In this document: positions 29,101-42,100 of the stretch, piece after piece | Layout of the letters: each line of letters begins with the position of its first letter | Numbering within the stretch: position 1 is the first letter of the stretch | Source of the DNA: a virus | Lineage: Duplodnaviria > Caudoviricetes | DNA: 64,000 nt | Virus record (IMG/VR): IMGVR_UViG_3300043449_000843 | Coordinates: 2,016 to 66,015 of that record | Strand: one strand, 5' to 3' | Notes under the pieces: generated by a model | Told to the model about the DNA's origin: nothing | The model's input: the letters and a program-made list of their open reading frames with translations, nothing else | The model's database searches: none | Position numbers and translations under genes: made by a program

Positions 29101-29205
29101 GAGTATGCATCACTTGTAAATACTGCATCAAACTCAGCAATGACAGTTCCGCAAGCACTTAGTATTTTAGGATCTATGAGAAGTGGTGGATCTAACCCAA
29201 GATAA
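26188..29205 (+). CDS. Central spike (gp5/VgrG-like) with C-terminal lysozyme-like domain
   Basis: OB-fold (DPLKQGALEV, SYGFWAVPPDVG) and beta-helix repeats ending in VHLNGP, then a Gly linker and a lysozyme/SLT-like segment (IIGLETG, MGFFQW, MSRVQQLDY). Confidence 0.8.
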   Translation: MSIDKRADNVINKSLLPNPGPYLAKIVTNVDPLKQGALEVELLRPIGNQPEMNQQLFVVRYLSPFYGVTSIDHTASDAADFNNTQKSYGFWAVPPDVGVTVMVIFVDSDPGQGFWIGCVQDALMNHMIPGIAGSEYTQEQVRFNDDTQWGDMEQTQSRYNTTFLPVGEVNRRPFKEGKATPDPNVESNKKPIHPIAEHILEQGLTNDRHRGVYTSSARRESPSNVYGWSTPGPVDKRQNAIKGKVGRAKNKIDKFVSRMGGHCIIMDDGDERFLRKTRPWEGPDEYADVENGEEGLVDWPRDESFRIRTRKGAQILMHTSEDFIYICNSRGTAWMEFTSNGKIQFYAKEGVHMGSGSDIQMTSTRHITQHANGHHIVYSVGNTVVTTEGDHSLTARGSTFHRSDNDHSLVAANHCYVEGQAGHHIRGENLNFSGNSHEWTVGGDFMMNVQGNFEIRSQNTIIGADLNLHLKAGQEARIKGLDVFINAGQDVSIAPSQDFNVQAENKICMTSAEDASLKSEKAGIKLDAKTGLDVKVGKDIKIGAEGKIGVGAAGDIILKSKANVHLNGPNADPPAPGLTMNYDPSDAVEADEAAGAAAPAVAGGGVCRATEAPLSVAPRVGICLNKLVPVSEPFQHECSGPVQTSARALDCSDPRTVAPPPSQGGGGGGGGGGGGGGYTIRSLPDDAAKIPWSRGGGADGQLHTTYKHTDHDLVNTPYVSPPLEADYARKHPAEWTKDKEFLSKCGQIAQKCQAEMLDLLTIIGLETGLSFEPSCGKEHGRMGFFQWNDDTAGEIGTSTGALKHMSRVQQLDYCDKWLKKWGYPKGLEKMYLSVMAPAAMNIAEGQEIYKMGTDEWHANKTWREKPSGRITLKGVRDSLAKIRARVKAMLDSSGIETGPQQEKADQQKKQAQQQNPTGDVSTNNATPNPGTSTSTQATGNMPKVVTYAGQQYFDAKAGLPTPPAGFQWVGTEYASLVNTASNSAMTVPQALSILGSMRSGGSNPR

Positions 29206-29220
29206 GGGATAACTATTATT

Positions 29221-29661
29221 ATGGCAACGGTAGGTTTTGATAACTTAAGATTAGGTCCGACTACTACAGAAGGACAACAAAAAATACTTACATCTAGAAC
29301 CTATAGAGGTTTTAGCTCAGTAAATTCTTCTGTACGTAATACAATTTTATATGATCTTGAATTAATAAAACAAGATCTTATAAATCACTTTCATATACGT
29401 AAAGGTGAAAAACTTGAAAATCCCGAATTTGGAACAATTATTTGGGATGCATTGTATGAACCGTTAACTGAACAATTGAAACAAGTTATAGTTAACGATG
29501 TAACAGATATAGTTAATTCAGATCCTAGAACACAAACAGTAAAAATTATTGTAACGCAAAAAGACAATGCTATACAGATAGAAGTAACACTGATATATTT
29601 GCCATATAATATACAGGATACTATGCAGTTTAGCTTTGATAAAAAGAACGGTCTAGCGTAA
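29221..29661 (+). CDS. Baseplate wedge subunit (gp25-like)
   Basis: YRGFS, IRKGEKLENPEFGTIIW and DPR motifs. Confidence 0.9.
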   Translation: MATVGFDNLRLGPTTTEGQQKILTSRTYRGFSSVNSSVRNTILYDLELIKQDLINHFHIRKGEKLENPEFGTIIWDALYEPLTEQLKQVIVNDVTDIVNSDPRTQTVKIIVTQKDNAIQIEVTLIYLPYNIQDTMQFSFDKKNGLA

Positions 29662-29690
29662 CTGTTATTAACTACATACATTATTATAAT

Positions 29691-29698
29691 AATAAATA
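29691..29698 (+). promoter_or_regulatory. Late promoter-like motif AATAAATA
   Basis: Intergenic, upstream of the gp6-like gene. Confidence 0.55.
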
Positions 29699-29720
29699 AA
29701 GAAAACAAGGTAGTTAATTT

Positions 29721-32700
29721 ATGTCAACAACCGGAAGGCAACAGAATCTATTTCTAGCTGAAGACTGGAAAAAAATATATCAAACATTTAGTAATGCAGA
29801 TTTTTCAAGTTATGACTTTGAAAATCTACGTCGTGTTATGATACAATATCTAAGAGAAAAATATCCAGAAGATTTTAATGACTATATCGAATCAAGTGAA
29901 TATCTTGCTCTTATAGATTTGTTTGCATTCTTAGGACAAAGTTTATCTTTCCGTATTGATTTGAATGCTCGTGAAAACTTTTTAGAGCTTGCTGAACGTC
30001 GTGAGAGTGTTTTACGTTTAGCTCAACTTATAAGTTATAATCCATCTAGAAATATTGCAGCTAATGGACTTTTAAAGGTTGATAATATTTCTACAACAGA
30101 AGAAATATACGATGCTAACGGTAGAAATTTATCAAACTTGTCAGTTACCTGGAATGATAGTACTAACAGTAATTGGGCCGATCAGTTCACAAGAATAATG
30201 AATTCTGCAATGGTGGCAGAAAATTCTTTTGGAATTCCTGTTTCAAATGATGTTATTGGAAACATTTATTCAGAACAGTATAAGTTTAACACTACTAATG
30301 CAGGAATACCTTTATATAGTTTTAGTACAGTTGTTAATGGCACAAGTATGGATTTCGAAGCAGTTAGCACAATTATTAAAGATGGAATGATAACAGAAGA
30401 AACTCCTGCAAGAGGCAATAAGTTATCTATGATCTTTAGAAATGATTATAAAGGACTAGGAAGTATTAATACTGGTTGGTTTATGCATTTTAAACAAGGT
30501 AATCTTGTTTATAGAGAATTTACAAATAACAGTCCAACAACTAATGAAATTGTAAACATTAACGATGTAAATATTAACGACGATGATGTTTGGCTATATG
30601 GGTTAGATTCACAAGGAAATGAATCATCTCTTTGGACGAAAGTAACTGCAATTACAGGTAATAACATCATTTATAATAGTCTTAATAAGACCATAAGAAA
30701 TATCTATCAAGTGCAGACTAGAGCAGGTGATACTATTTCTTTATTATTTGCTGATGGAATTTTTGGAAATTTACCAAAAGGAACATTCCGTGTATATTAT
30801 AGAACATCAAACGGGTTAACATTTTTTCTTAACCCTAAGGATATGAAAAGCGTTAATGTTAAAATTTCTTATATTTCTAAAAAAGGATCTAGTGAGTCAC
30901 TTACTATTGGTATGTCTCTTAAAAGTGTAGTTACAAACGCTAGTGCAGCTGAATCAATAACTGATATCAAGAGACATGCTCCTTTAACTTATTACATTCA
31001 GAATAGAATGGTAACAGGAGAAGATTATAATCTAGCACCGTTGAGTGTGAGTCAGTCTATTGCAAAAATTAAGACTATAAACAGAACATCTAGCGGTATT
31101 AGTAGAAATTTTGATCTAATTGATGCAAGTGGAAAGTATAGTTCTATTAATGTATTTTGTACAGATGGCATCATTTATAAAGAAATGATTTATAACTCAT
31201 TTACATTTACATATAGATCACGTACAGAAATTAGTGCAATTATTCAAAATCAGATACAGCCTCTAGTAACATCAAAGTTTATGAGAGATTTTTATTACGA
31301 AAAGTATAATAAAATTATTTTACAAGATGTAAACCCTCAGTTTATTCAAGCAACTAGTGCAGTTAACGAGTCAAGTGGATATATTGCTGATTTAGTAGAC
31401 ACATTACCACTTAAAGTTGGAAGTTATACAGCTAGTAGCTTAAAATATATAGAGCCAGGGGCACTTGTTAAATTTGTAGCTCCAAACGGATTCTATTTTG
31501 ATGCTAATAATAATTTAACAACCACTGAATCATCTATTACATCAACTAGTTTGTGGGCTAAAGTTGTCGCGGTTGCAGGAGACGGAACAGCAAGCGGGTA
31601 TGGATTCTTAAGCTCGGGCTTTGGACCGATTGTTTTTGATCAAGTAATTCCGACATCGGCATTGGTTTATCAAATAATTCCAAAGTTTACAAGTACAATA
31701 CCAGCAGATACCTTATCGTTAATTACTGAACTTATTTTTAATAATAAGAACTTTGGTTTACGATATGACCTTAACTATAGAATTTGGCAAGTTGTATATG
31801 ATAGAAATCTAAACCTTTTAGACGCTTGGAGTTTAATTAAAGCAGCAGATAATACTGGTGAAAAGTTAGACAGTAGCTGGTTAGTAGCGTTTAATACAGA
31901 TGGTATAACTTACACGGTAACCTATAGAGGTCTTGAGTATTATTTTGAATCAGTTTTAGAAAATAGATTTTACTTCGATGGAAGCAGAAAGATTTATGAC
32001 ATAACTACCGGTAAAGTAAAGAAAGACATGGTTTCTATATTGAAGTTTAACACTTTTCCTAATAGTTCTACAACATTAGGTAAAGATTATCCTTTTGAGA
32101 TAATTGATGTAGCGACCGAAATGGAAGGATATGCAAGTAGTAGAACAGTAAAAATAACCTTTGCTGATCGCGATGATGACGGCACCGTTGATGATCCTGA
32201 ATCGTTTAATGTAATTGTAGATGATTCTGTTGACAATCAAAATAGATTTGTATTTTTTGAAAAATATACCACAGAATCATATGTTGAAGATTATAGATAT
32301 GTTGCAAACACAGAAAATAAATTTCTTATTTTTGAGTTAGAGACAGAAGTAACTAATCTTGCAGATTTTAATGATGGACAGTTATTTTATTTTTACGGAG
32401 TTGATTTAGTTAAGAGATATGTTGCATCAGAACAGAAGTTAGTTATCGATACTAATCACTATGCAGCAATTGGAAGAAATAACATTAACTTTTATTATCT
32501 TCACAATGCTGATCAAAGTTATAGAATCGATCCTAGTGCAAGTAATATAATGGATACATATATATTAACAAAGGATTATGATACTCAGTATCGTGCATGG
32601 ATAGTAGGCAATATTACAGAAGAGCCTCTCCCTCCTAGCTCAACCGAATTGTTTTTAACATACGGCTCTGAGTTAAATCAAATTAAGAGTATAAGTGATG

Positions 32701-33164
32701 AAATCATTTATCATCCAGTAAAGTACAGGGTGTTATTTGGAAGAAATGCTTATAGTAGATTACAAGCATCTTTTAAGGTTGTAAAGAATAAAGAACAAGT
32801 TATTACTGACAATGAAGTTAAGGCACGCATTATTACAGCAATTAATCAATACTTTAGTGTTGATAATTGGGATTTTGGTGATACATTCTATTTTACAGAA
32901 TTATCAACATATGTAATGAACCAGTTGGTTCCATACATTACAACATTCTTAATTGTTCCTACTAATAGTGATCAAGTTTATGGTAGTTTACAGCAGATTA
33001 CATCACAACCGAATGAGATTTTTATTAGCGGAGCAACAGTTAATGATATAGAAGTTATTGATGCAATAACAGCATCTAAAATCAAAGCTCCCGGGTATAT
33101 TGTCACTTCTGATACAGTCGATATTAATACTACTTTATTACAAAGCGCAATTAGTAAACTTTAA
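29721..33164 (+). CDS. Baseplate wedge subunit (gp6-like)
   Basis: DFSSYDFENLR, FNDYIESSE, ENFLELAERRESVLRLA, FADGIFG and QNRMVTGEDY motifs. Confidence 0.9.
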   Translation: MSTTGRQQNLFLAEDWKKIYQTFSNADFSSYDFENLRRVMIQYLREKYPEDFNDYIESSEYLALIDLFAFLGQSLSFRIDLNARENFLELAERRESVLRLAQLISYNPSRNIAANGLLKVDNISTTEEIYDANGRNLSNLSVTWNDSTNSNWADQFTRIMNSAMVAENSFGIPVSNDVIGNIYSEQYKFNTTNAGIPLYSFSTVVNGTSMDFEAVSTIIKDGMITEETPARGNKLSMIFRNDYKGLGSINTGWFMHFKQGNLVYREFTNNSPTTNEIVNINDVNINDDDVWLYGLDSQGNESSLWTKVTAITGNNIIYNSLNKTIRNIYQVQTRAGDTISLLFADGIFGNLPKGTFRVYYRTSNGLTFFLNPKDMKSVNVKISYISKKGSSESLTIGMSLKSVVTNASAAESITDIKRHAPLTYYIQNRMVTGEDYNLAPLSVSQSIAKIKTINRTSSGISRNFDLIDASGKYSSINVFCTDGIIYKEMIYNSFTFTYRSRTEISAIIQNQIQPLVTSKFMRDFYYEKYNKIILQDVNPQFIQATSAVNESSGYIADLVDTLPLKVGSYTASSLKYIEPGALVKFVAPNGFYFDANNNLTTTESSITSTSLWAKVVAVAGDGTASGYGFLSSGFGPIVFDQVIPTSALVYQIIPKFTSTIPADTLSLITELIFNNKNFGLRYDLNYRIWQVVYDRNLNLLDAWSLIKAADNTGEKLDSSWLVAFNTDGITYTVTYRGLEYYFESVLENRFYFDGSRKIYDITTGKVKKDMVSILKFNTFPNSSTTLGKDYPFEIIDVATEMEGYASSRTVKITFADRDDDGTVDDPESFNVIVDDSVDNQNRFVFFEKYTTESYVEDYRYVANTENKFLIFELETEVTNLADFNDGQLFYFYGVDLVKRYVASEQKLVIDTNHYAAIGRNNINFYYLHNADQSYRIDPSASNIMDTYILTKDYDTQYRAWIVGNITEEPLPPSSTELFLTYGSELNQIKSISDEIIYHPVKYRVLFGRNAYSRLQASFKVVKNKEQVITDNEVKARIITAINQYFSVDNWDFGDTFYFTELSTYVMNQLVPYITTFLIVPTNSDQVYGSLQQITSQPNEIFISGATVNDIEVIDAITASKIKAPGYIVTSDTVDINTTLLQSAISKL

Positions 33165-33182
33165 TCAAGGAATATAAAATAA

Positions 33183-36100
33183 ATGGAACAAGACGATTTT
33201 AATGAGCTTCCCCTACCGCAAGGTCCTGAGAACCAAATTAAAAGACAAACTTTTAGACACCTACCAAATTTCTTTAGAACTGATTCAAATAAGAAATTTT
33301 TAGGTGGAACAGTAGACGTTATTACACAACCAGGCACCTTAACACGTCTTAGCTCATATATTGGTCGTAGAGACATTCCGAATTATTCATTTGATGATGT
33401 TTACATTCAAGAAACATCTACACCTAGACAGTATTATCAGCTAGAGCCAGCATTTGTTAATGAGGATCCAGTAACAGGTAAAAATAGATGGTATGGTGAT
33501 TATATTGATTATATTAATAGTCTTAAATATTTTGGCGCAGACGTTGTAAATCATAGTAAACTTAATAAACAAGAATCATACACTTGGAATCCTCATATAG
33601 ATTGGGACAAGTTCACAAACTATCCAGAGTATTATTGGATAGCTAGTGGACCAGATCCGGTAACAATCTACGGCCAAATGGAAAATATTGTATCAGAATT
33701 TACTGTTACTTCTATTGATCAGATTGATAATAGGGGATATATTTTTACTCCAGATGGGTTAACAGTTAACCCGAGATTAACATTGTATCGTGGAGTAACA
33801 TATAAGTTTAATATTAATACTCCTCATATGAAGTTTGCTATTAAAACAGAAAATGATCCAAGCGACGGTTATTTTTATAATATCGGCGTTAGTGCAAGAA
33901 ATGTTGAAAAGGGTATAGTTACTTTTACAGTTCCTTATGAAGCACCAGATCTTTTGTATTATATGGATAATACTATTAGAGAAAATCTTGGTATTTCAGA
34001 TTCAGTTGTAGGAATGATCGATATTAAAGATATCAAGGAAGCTTCTGCATTAAATGTAGAGACTGAAATATTAGGTAAGAAAAATTTTAAAAGTAGTAAC
34101 GGTATAGAGTTTATTAATGGCTTAAAGGTAAAATTTGCAGGTAATGTTACACCTTCCAAGTATGCTAAAGGTTTTTGGTATGTTGAAGGGGTAGGTAACA
34201 GGATCGTTTTAATCAATACATTAGATTTAGAAGCCCCTGCGACATTTATTAAAGGTATTGATGTTCCCTGGGATGATCAAGGCTTTGACACATTACCTTT
34301 TGAAAATGCTGATAACTATCCTTTAACTAAAGATTATCTAGTAATTAATAGAGCTTCGCGAGATCGTAATAACTGGGCTAGAACCAATCGCTGGTTTCAT
34401 AGAACAGTATTGGAAGTTACAGCTAATGCCAATGGACAAATTGCTAACCTAGATCAATCAACTAGAGCAAATCGTCCTATTATTGAGTTTGAACCTGATC
34501 TCAAATTATTCAATCATGGATATTTTGCTAAGCCAGATGTTGATTTAGTAGATACAGTTACAACTGATGTGTTCTCTACTATTGAAGGAAGTGCAGGATA
34601 TATTGTTGATGGTGAGCAACTACTACCAGGTTATAGAGTATTGTTTACTGCTGATCCTGATATAACAGTACAAGGAAGAATTTTTGAAGTAAAAAGAATT
34701 ACAAATGTTTACGAAAATGTAAACATCGAGACCCCTGTTGTTTCAATATCTTCTTTTAAAAATATAATAAAAGTTGCTAATACTTTTGGATTTAGACCCG
34801 GTACTAAGGTTCAATTTATTGGTAATGTAGCTGGAGGGTTGTCATCTACTTTAGAATATTATGTTATTAAGGAAAATTTTAATTCTACTAGTTTAAGTGT
34901 AAGTTTAGTCAAGGGTGGTGACGCTGTAGTGCTTACAGATGCAATTAATTTAAGTATGAAGATGATTGCTATAGGGGTTGCACGTAGAAAGTCACAGCTA
35001 ACTTTACAGGAAGTAAAAGATACTGATCCTGTTGAAGGACAAATAGCATATGTAACTAAGGGAAAGAATTATAGAGGAACATCATTTTATTATCAAGATG
35101 GTAAGTGGCATCAAGCTCAGAAGAAAACTGATATAAATCAAGCACCAATGTTTGATCTGTTTGATGAGTCATTAGTAAGTTACTCTGATAAAACAGTTTA
35201 TCCTTTTAGTACATTTAAAGGAACACCGCTTTTTAATTACAAAGTAAGTGAAGATAGAAATCAAAAGCCAGATAGTGAGCTTGGTTTTCCATTAGTATAT
35301 CGTGCAATTGATAACGTCGGTGATATTGAATTTGAGTTTAGCTTACAAAAGGGATCGTGGTCATATGAATTAAACAACGAGTTAACTACAGTTAATTCAT
35401 ATGAGGGATATCTACGTAAGTGGAATTTAGATAATAACTTTTCTTATACTAATGGTTGGGTAAAAACTGATAGACCCTCAGAGCAGAATGTAGTAAGAGT
35501 CTTAAAAGTAGAGTCACAAACAAACTTAATTCCAGTTGATGTATTTGATGATACACCTATATTGTATGCTTTAGAACAGGCTAATCATATTCTAAATGGT
35601 AATCAGTTTTATATGGCAATTCAGGATAATTCCGGTAGAGAGTTATCTGATACTGATTATTGGTTGCCGTATCAGTTTAAAGATCAGTATAAAGAGGATT
35701 TTGATTTTGATACAAAGTATGCACAAAGAGACATAGTTAAGTATCGTAATCTATATTACATTGCACTTGAAGATGTTAAAGGACAGCTTCCTACTAACAC
35801 TGATTTTTGGAAGTTAATATTCCAAGGATATAAGTTTAAGGGTGAATTTAATAGACTTGGAACATATCAAGTTGACGATATTGTTACGTATAACAGTTAT
35901 ACATATATTGCAATAAGAGATAACAATGGACAGAATGAACCTACTGACGTAATTTACTGGAAATTGTTAGTAAAAGGTCCTAGTAATTTTCAAGGTGAGT
36001 TTAATCTTGCTCCTAGTTCTTATGCAGGTGAATTTAGCCTAGGTAAAAATTATTTTGTTAACAACGTTGTTAATTACAACAACACTTTTTATATTGCAGT

Positions 36101-39100
36101 AAGAAATAGTGCAAACATTGATGTAACAAATACAAATTATTGGGAAGCATTACTTCCTGGAAGTTATAATCCAGAAACAGGGTTAAAGAAAACTGTAACT
36201 TATAAAGCTAAAGACATTGTAAGTTATGGATTATATCTTTATCTTTCAATTGGAACAGAAAACACAGGTAATTTGCCAACTGATACAAATTATTGGATGC
36301 AATTATCTTCTGGATCAACTTTTCCAGTTTATTATAATACAGGAGCAATGTATCATACAGGACAAATTGTAGCTCTTGATGCAAGACCAAAGATTGATTA
36401 TAGAATACGTGTATATGTTAATGATGTTAAAAGAACAGATCTATCACTTAATATAGTTGATGGAGTTGCTTATATTACTTTTGACACACCTTTATCTCCA
36501 GGAGACAAGGTAGTTTATAAGATACGTTCTATATCAAATAAAAATGTAAAAGGTTATTATGAAATACCATTAAATTGGCAAAACAATCCGTTTAACGAAA
36601 CACTAGATACATTTTCGTTTGGTGAAGTTCTTGATCATACAAAAACTATAGTAGAAAATTCTCCAGGATTTACAGGAAAATTTCCTGGAATTAATAATCT
36701 ATCAAACTTAGGGCCAATATCACAGTACGGCCGTAAGTTTATGCAGCACACTGGACCGATGAGTTTATCTGCATTTTTAATGATTGATAAAAAAGTTAAT
36801 ATCATTAAGGCATTACAATGGTGTAGCCGTGAATATACACAATTCAAAAAAGATATTGTATTTAGAATGCAAACATCAGGTTATGATGGAACACCTAGAG
36901 ACATTGCTGATCAACTTTTACAAGATTATTCAAAATCAAAGAACTTAGGAAAGTCGGCATTTTATTTCTCAGACATGGTGCCTTACTCAGCATCCTCAGT
37001 AAGAGAGTATTCTGTTGATGATCCTAGATTCCCAATTTTTTCTATTGATAGTTTATTCAATCCATTAGAACATACTAGAAGAGCAATACTTGTATATCTT
37101 AATGAAGTACAATTACTTTATGGAAAAGATTACGAATTTGATACAGAAGATGCATTTATTAAAATAATTGCACCTATTTACGAAAATGACATTATTTTAA
37201 TTAAAGATTATAATACAACTAACGGGTGCTATGTTCCTTTAACTCCGTCTAAATTAGGTTTATATCCATTGTACGAACCTATGATTTATCTTGATACTAC
37301 ATATAGAAAGATAGTCCTTAACGACGATGGAACCGAGTCAACAGTTGTTGAAAGTCGTAAAGTAATACAAGGTCACGACGGTAGTCTCTTTACTGCTTAT
37401 AACGATTATAGAGATGAAGTATTATTAGAAATTGAAAAAAGAATTTTTAATAACACTAAAGTTCATTATGATCCAGAAATTTTTGATGTCAATGATGTAA
37501 TGACTGGATATTACCGTCGAACAGATTTTACTAAAGCAGAAATTAATGATATTCTTATAACTGAATTCTTAAGATGGAATCAAATTCCAAGTCTTGATTT
37601 TAATTCACCTGAGTTAAGAATACCTGTTCCGGGTATCGATCTTGAAAAAACTCCTCCTAGATATAAATGGGTAGATGGAGATTCGTTTACTTACAATTAT
37701 AATAAATCATATGCTCCGAATGGTGTAGAAGAATTGCACGGTTATTGGAGAGGTGTGTACAAGTACTTCTATGATACAGATCGCCCTCATACACATCCTT
37801 GGGAAATGCAAGGATTTAGTATTAAGCCAATGTGGTGGGACGAAGTTTATGGCCTCGCTCCATACACTTGTGATAATGTTATTATGTGGGATGCAATTGA
37901 AAAGGGACAGATTGGTGATCCAAATAATCCAAGAATAAACACAAAGTATGCTCGTCCAGGATTAAGTTTATACATTCCGGTCGATAGTGAAGGTAATTTA
38001 TTAAGTCCTATAGAAAGCGGATTAGCATATAACTTCTCAAAAGTTAATTCTATAGGAAGGTACACATTTGGTGATCAAGCTCCAGTAGAAACAGCATGGC
38101 GCCAGTCTAGCGAGTATCCTTTTGCAGTTATGATTGTAATGTGTACATTAAGAGGTGCCGAATTTATCGGTAAAATGTGGGATAGATTTACAATTAAACG
38201 TGATATTACAGGACAAATCTATTCAACAGTTACAAAGAAAAAATTAAACACAGCTGAGCTACCTTTTGCTAATGAATTGCAAGAAGATGGAACTAGGACT
38301 TTTACTAGCGGTTTAGCTAACATCATTGATGAATACGTTTTGATTTATCAAAACATTGATTATGATTATTACAAAAAATTAATTAGAGGTTTAGATGTTA
38401 AGCTAAGGTATCGTGTTAGCGGATTTACTAGTAAAGAAAAAATAAAGGTTTTACTAGATAGTCGTACACCTAATTCTTCCGGTACAGTATTTTTACCTTC
38501 AGAAAATTATAAAATATTTTATAACAAGAGTGCTCCTGTAGAAACTGTAACATATAGTGGAGTTATTATAGAAAAATCAGATTACGGATATGCTGTTACA
38601 GGATACGATTCTTTAAAAAGTGTATTTGAAATATTTCCAGCAAGACTATCAGCATCTGATGTTTTAATTAATGTTGGCGGAATATCAGATAGTTATGTTG
38701 ATTGGGCACCAGGACAGTATTATGTATCTGGGCAGCTTGTTAAGATACAATCAAATTATTATAGAGCATTGCTAAATCACACATCTAGTATTTCGGTTGG
38801 TGAGGATATTGATGCTAAAAAGTGGCAAAAATTACAGTCATTACCTATTACAGGAGGGCGTGATGCATATGTAAGAACTAAGTTTATTAATGTTCCTGTA
38901 AAAGTACCATATGGAACGGTGTTTACTGATATTCAATCTGTAGTTGATTTCTTATTAGGGTACCAAGCAAGGCTTAGAGATTGGGGGTTTCAATTTGATG
39001 ACTTTAGTAATGATTTAAATTTACCTCTTAATTGGTTAACGAGTGCTAAAGAGTTTATGTTTTGGACTTTACAAAATTGGGTCAAAGGATCTGTTATTAC

Positions 39101-42100
39101 ACTAAGTCCTGCTGCTAATAATTTAAAGTTTAAACCTACGATCAATGCATCTGTTGACACATTAGACAGTGATTTTTATGAGTATTCAATTTTTAAAGCC
39201 GACGGCTCCCCGTTAAAAACAGATCTTACAAATGTCTACAGAGAAGAAAATGGCTTTACAATTAAACCGTCAAGTGATACACAAGAAGGCATTTTTCATT
39301 TAAGAACCAGTCTTGTATACCAAGAGCATGTAATTCTTTTTGATAATGTGTCTATTTTTAATGATGTTGTATATGATGTAGTGCCAGGATATAGACAAGG
39401 TCGCTTAAAGTTAATTGGGTTTAAGACTAATAATTGGGACGGAAGTTATTATACTCCAGGATTTATGTATGATAATGCTGAAATATTCGAATGGCAGCCT
39501 AATACTGATTATAATATTGGTGATGTAGTTGAGTATCAAAGTTTTTATTATACTGCTATAGCTAAAGCAAATGGAACAACAGATTTTGATTATACTAAAT
39601 GGAGTAGGTTATCAGAAAAACCAGAACCAAAGTTAGAACCAAATCTCGATTATAGAATTGATCAATTCCGTGATTTTTATAGTCTTGAATCTAGCAATTT
39701 TGATTCAAATCAACAAGCATTAGCAAGACACTTAACTGGCTACCAACCTAGACAGTATCTTGAAGATATCATTATTGATGATGTTTCTCAATACAAATTC
39801 TATCAAGGGTTCATTAAGGAAAAAGGCACACTCAATAGCATAACAAAACTTTTTGATGCTCTTCGTACTAGTGGTTATAGTAATATAGATGTTAAAGAAG
39901 AGTGGGCATTTAAGGTTAGTGATTTTGGAGCATCAGATGCTTATGTAGAATTAGAATTTGTTTTAGATGAAACTAAATTCCGTCATAATCCTCAAAATGT
40001 TGTTTTAACATTAGCTTCTACTGAGTTTGATGATTCGGCTGTTTATAATATAACTGTTAATGACACAGCCAAAAAAACAATTAGTTATGATGCTAATCCC
40101 TTTGTTACTAAGGCTTTAGATTTTACAGCAAAGAATTATGGGGTCTTTAAGTACCGTACTGCTGGATACGTTAACCCAGCAAATGTTGATCATATAGTAT
40201 ATGATGAAAATGCATTACTTAACTATGACTTAACTTTGTTAAAACATAAAGATAAAATATGGATAGGAAATACACCTAATGGTGAATGGAATGTTTTAGA
40301 ATATTATAATACTAGGGCATTAATCACTAGTTGGGAAAGAATTAATAATGTTATAAACCTAAGTGTTAGTATAATGCCAAATTTACTAATTGGAGATCTC
40401 ATATCAATAACTAACTTAGAATTGTTAAATGGTATTTACAAAGTAGCAGGGATTTATTCTAATCTTATACAGGTTTATACTAATAATCCATCGATTGGTA
40501 CAGTAAATTTAGATAGTACACACGGTGTACTCTTTAAGTTTGAACAGGTAAGATATAGATCAGCTTCTGCTATTACAGCTAATCATTATAGTGACTTAAA
40601 CATCACAGGTGAGTGTTTATGGATAGACCAAGACTTTAACAATAGATGGAAAGTGTTAGAAAATACTAACCCATTTAACGCTGGGAAATTATCACCACCA
40701 AATTTTTTATTATATACAAATTCGTCGAAAGGTAGTGAAGTTAAAATCAGTGGTAATGGAAAATATTTGTATGTTAGTGCTATAGGTATAGGAACCGGTA
40801 ATGTCTTGGTTTATACTAGACCTAATAATTTATCAGAATGGGTATTTTTACAGACACTATCTATGCCTGCAGGGTTTACTTCTGGAATCAGTAGCACAGA
40901 AAAATTTGGGTATAGTATTGATGTATCATATGATGCTCGTTTATTAGTTATAAGTGCACCGGATGTTAGTGCTATTAAAAGTTTGTATGCAGGGGAGTTT
41001 GATCCTAATTCAAATTATGCACCAACAATGGTTGTTAGATATTTGAATCAGCTCTGGCAAGCTAAAAATTACATATATGGTGATGGATCTACAATTGATA
41101 TATTCTCACAAGATTGGGAGTTACTTAGAAGTATCTGTCCTGTTTACGAAGGAGCAGCTGATAGCGGATTAACTAAACAAGGAGCAGTATTTGTTTACGT
41201 ACTTGATCCAGGTAGAAGAATTTATGAAAGAGATACTTTAGAATTACGTAACGAGTACAATGATCTTGTTACAAGAGAGCAAATTATTTGTTCTTATCAT
41301 CCTTTAGAAAATGAGAGATTCGGAACTAAAGTAAGATTAGCTCAGTATGGAAATGAATATTGGTTGTATGTAAGTAGTGAATATGTTGAGAAAATAGGAG
41401 CTGTACAAGTCTTTATAAGAAGAGTAACCGGTACTTGGGAATACAACTTAGATCAGCAATACCTTAATTTTGATTATTCATCTATAATTTATAACTCGCC
41501 TGCACTTATAAACTCAAATAGTTTGTATGGGTATGATGTAACAGTAGGTGGAATAGATAATAATAGGGTTGCAATCTCAGCGCCATTTCTCAATGGCGGA
41601 GCAGTTTATGTGTTTAACAAAAATGGAGGTGTATTTAATTTAATAAAAATAATTGATCAATATACTATTGCTGACCTTAATATAAATTCTTTAAACAATT
41701 ATCAAATAAACAATTTAGATTATTTTGGTTATAGTATTTCTATGAAAGGTGAGATGTTGTTTGTATCATCACCAAACAATGATACAAAAAATACAAATGT
41801 TGGAGTTGTTTATAGGTTTAATAGTATATTTGTTCTGGAACAAATTATTGTACCACCGTTAGCAGTTCAGAATGAAAGATTTGGTACTAAGATTGATACT
41901 GATATTAGCCAGAATATATTAGTCGTTACATCTGCAGGTGGTAATACTATTATGACCACAGCATTTGATACATATATTGACAGAGCAGTCTTTACAAACG
42001 ATTCAACTAGAAATTATGTTCTTGATACAAATAGTTTAAAAGCAGTTAATGCTACAACATTTGACGCAGAAGCAACAGCTTTTTATGATCGTGTTGCATA

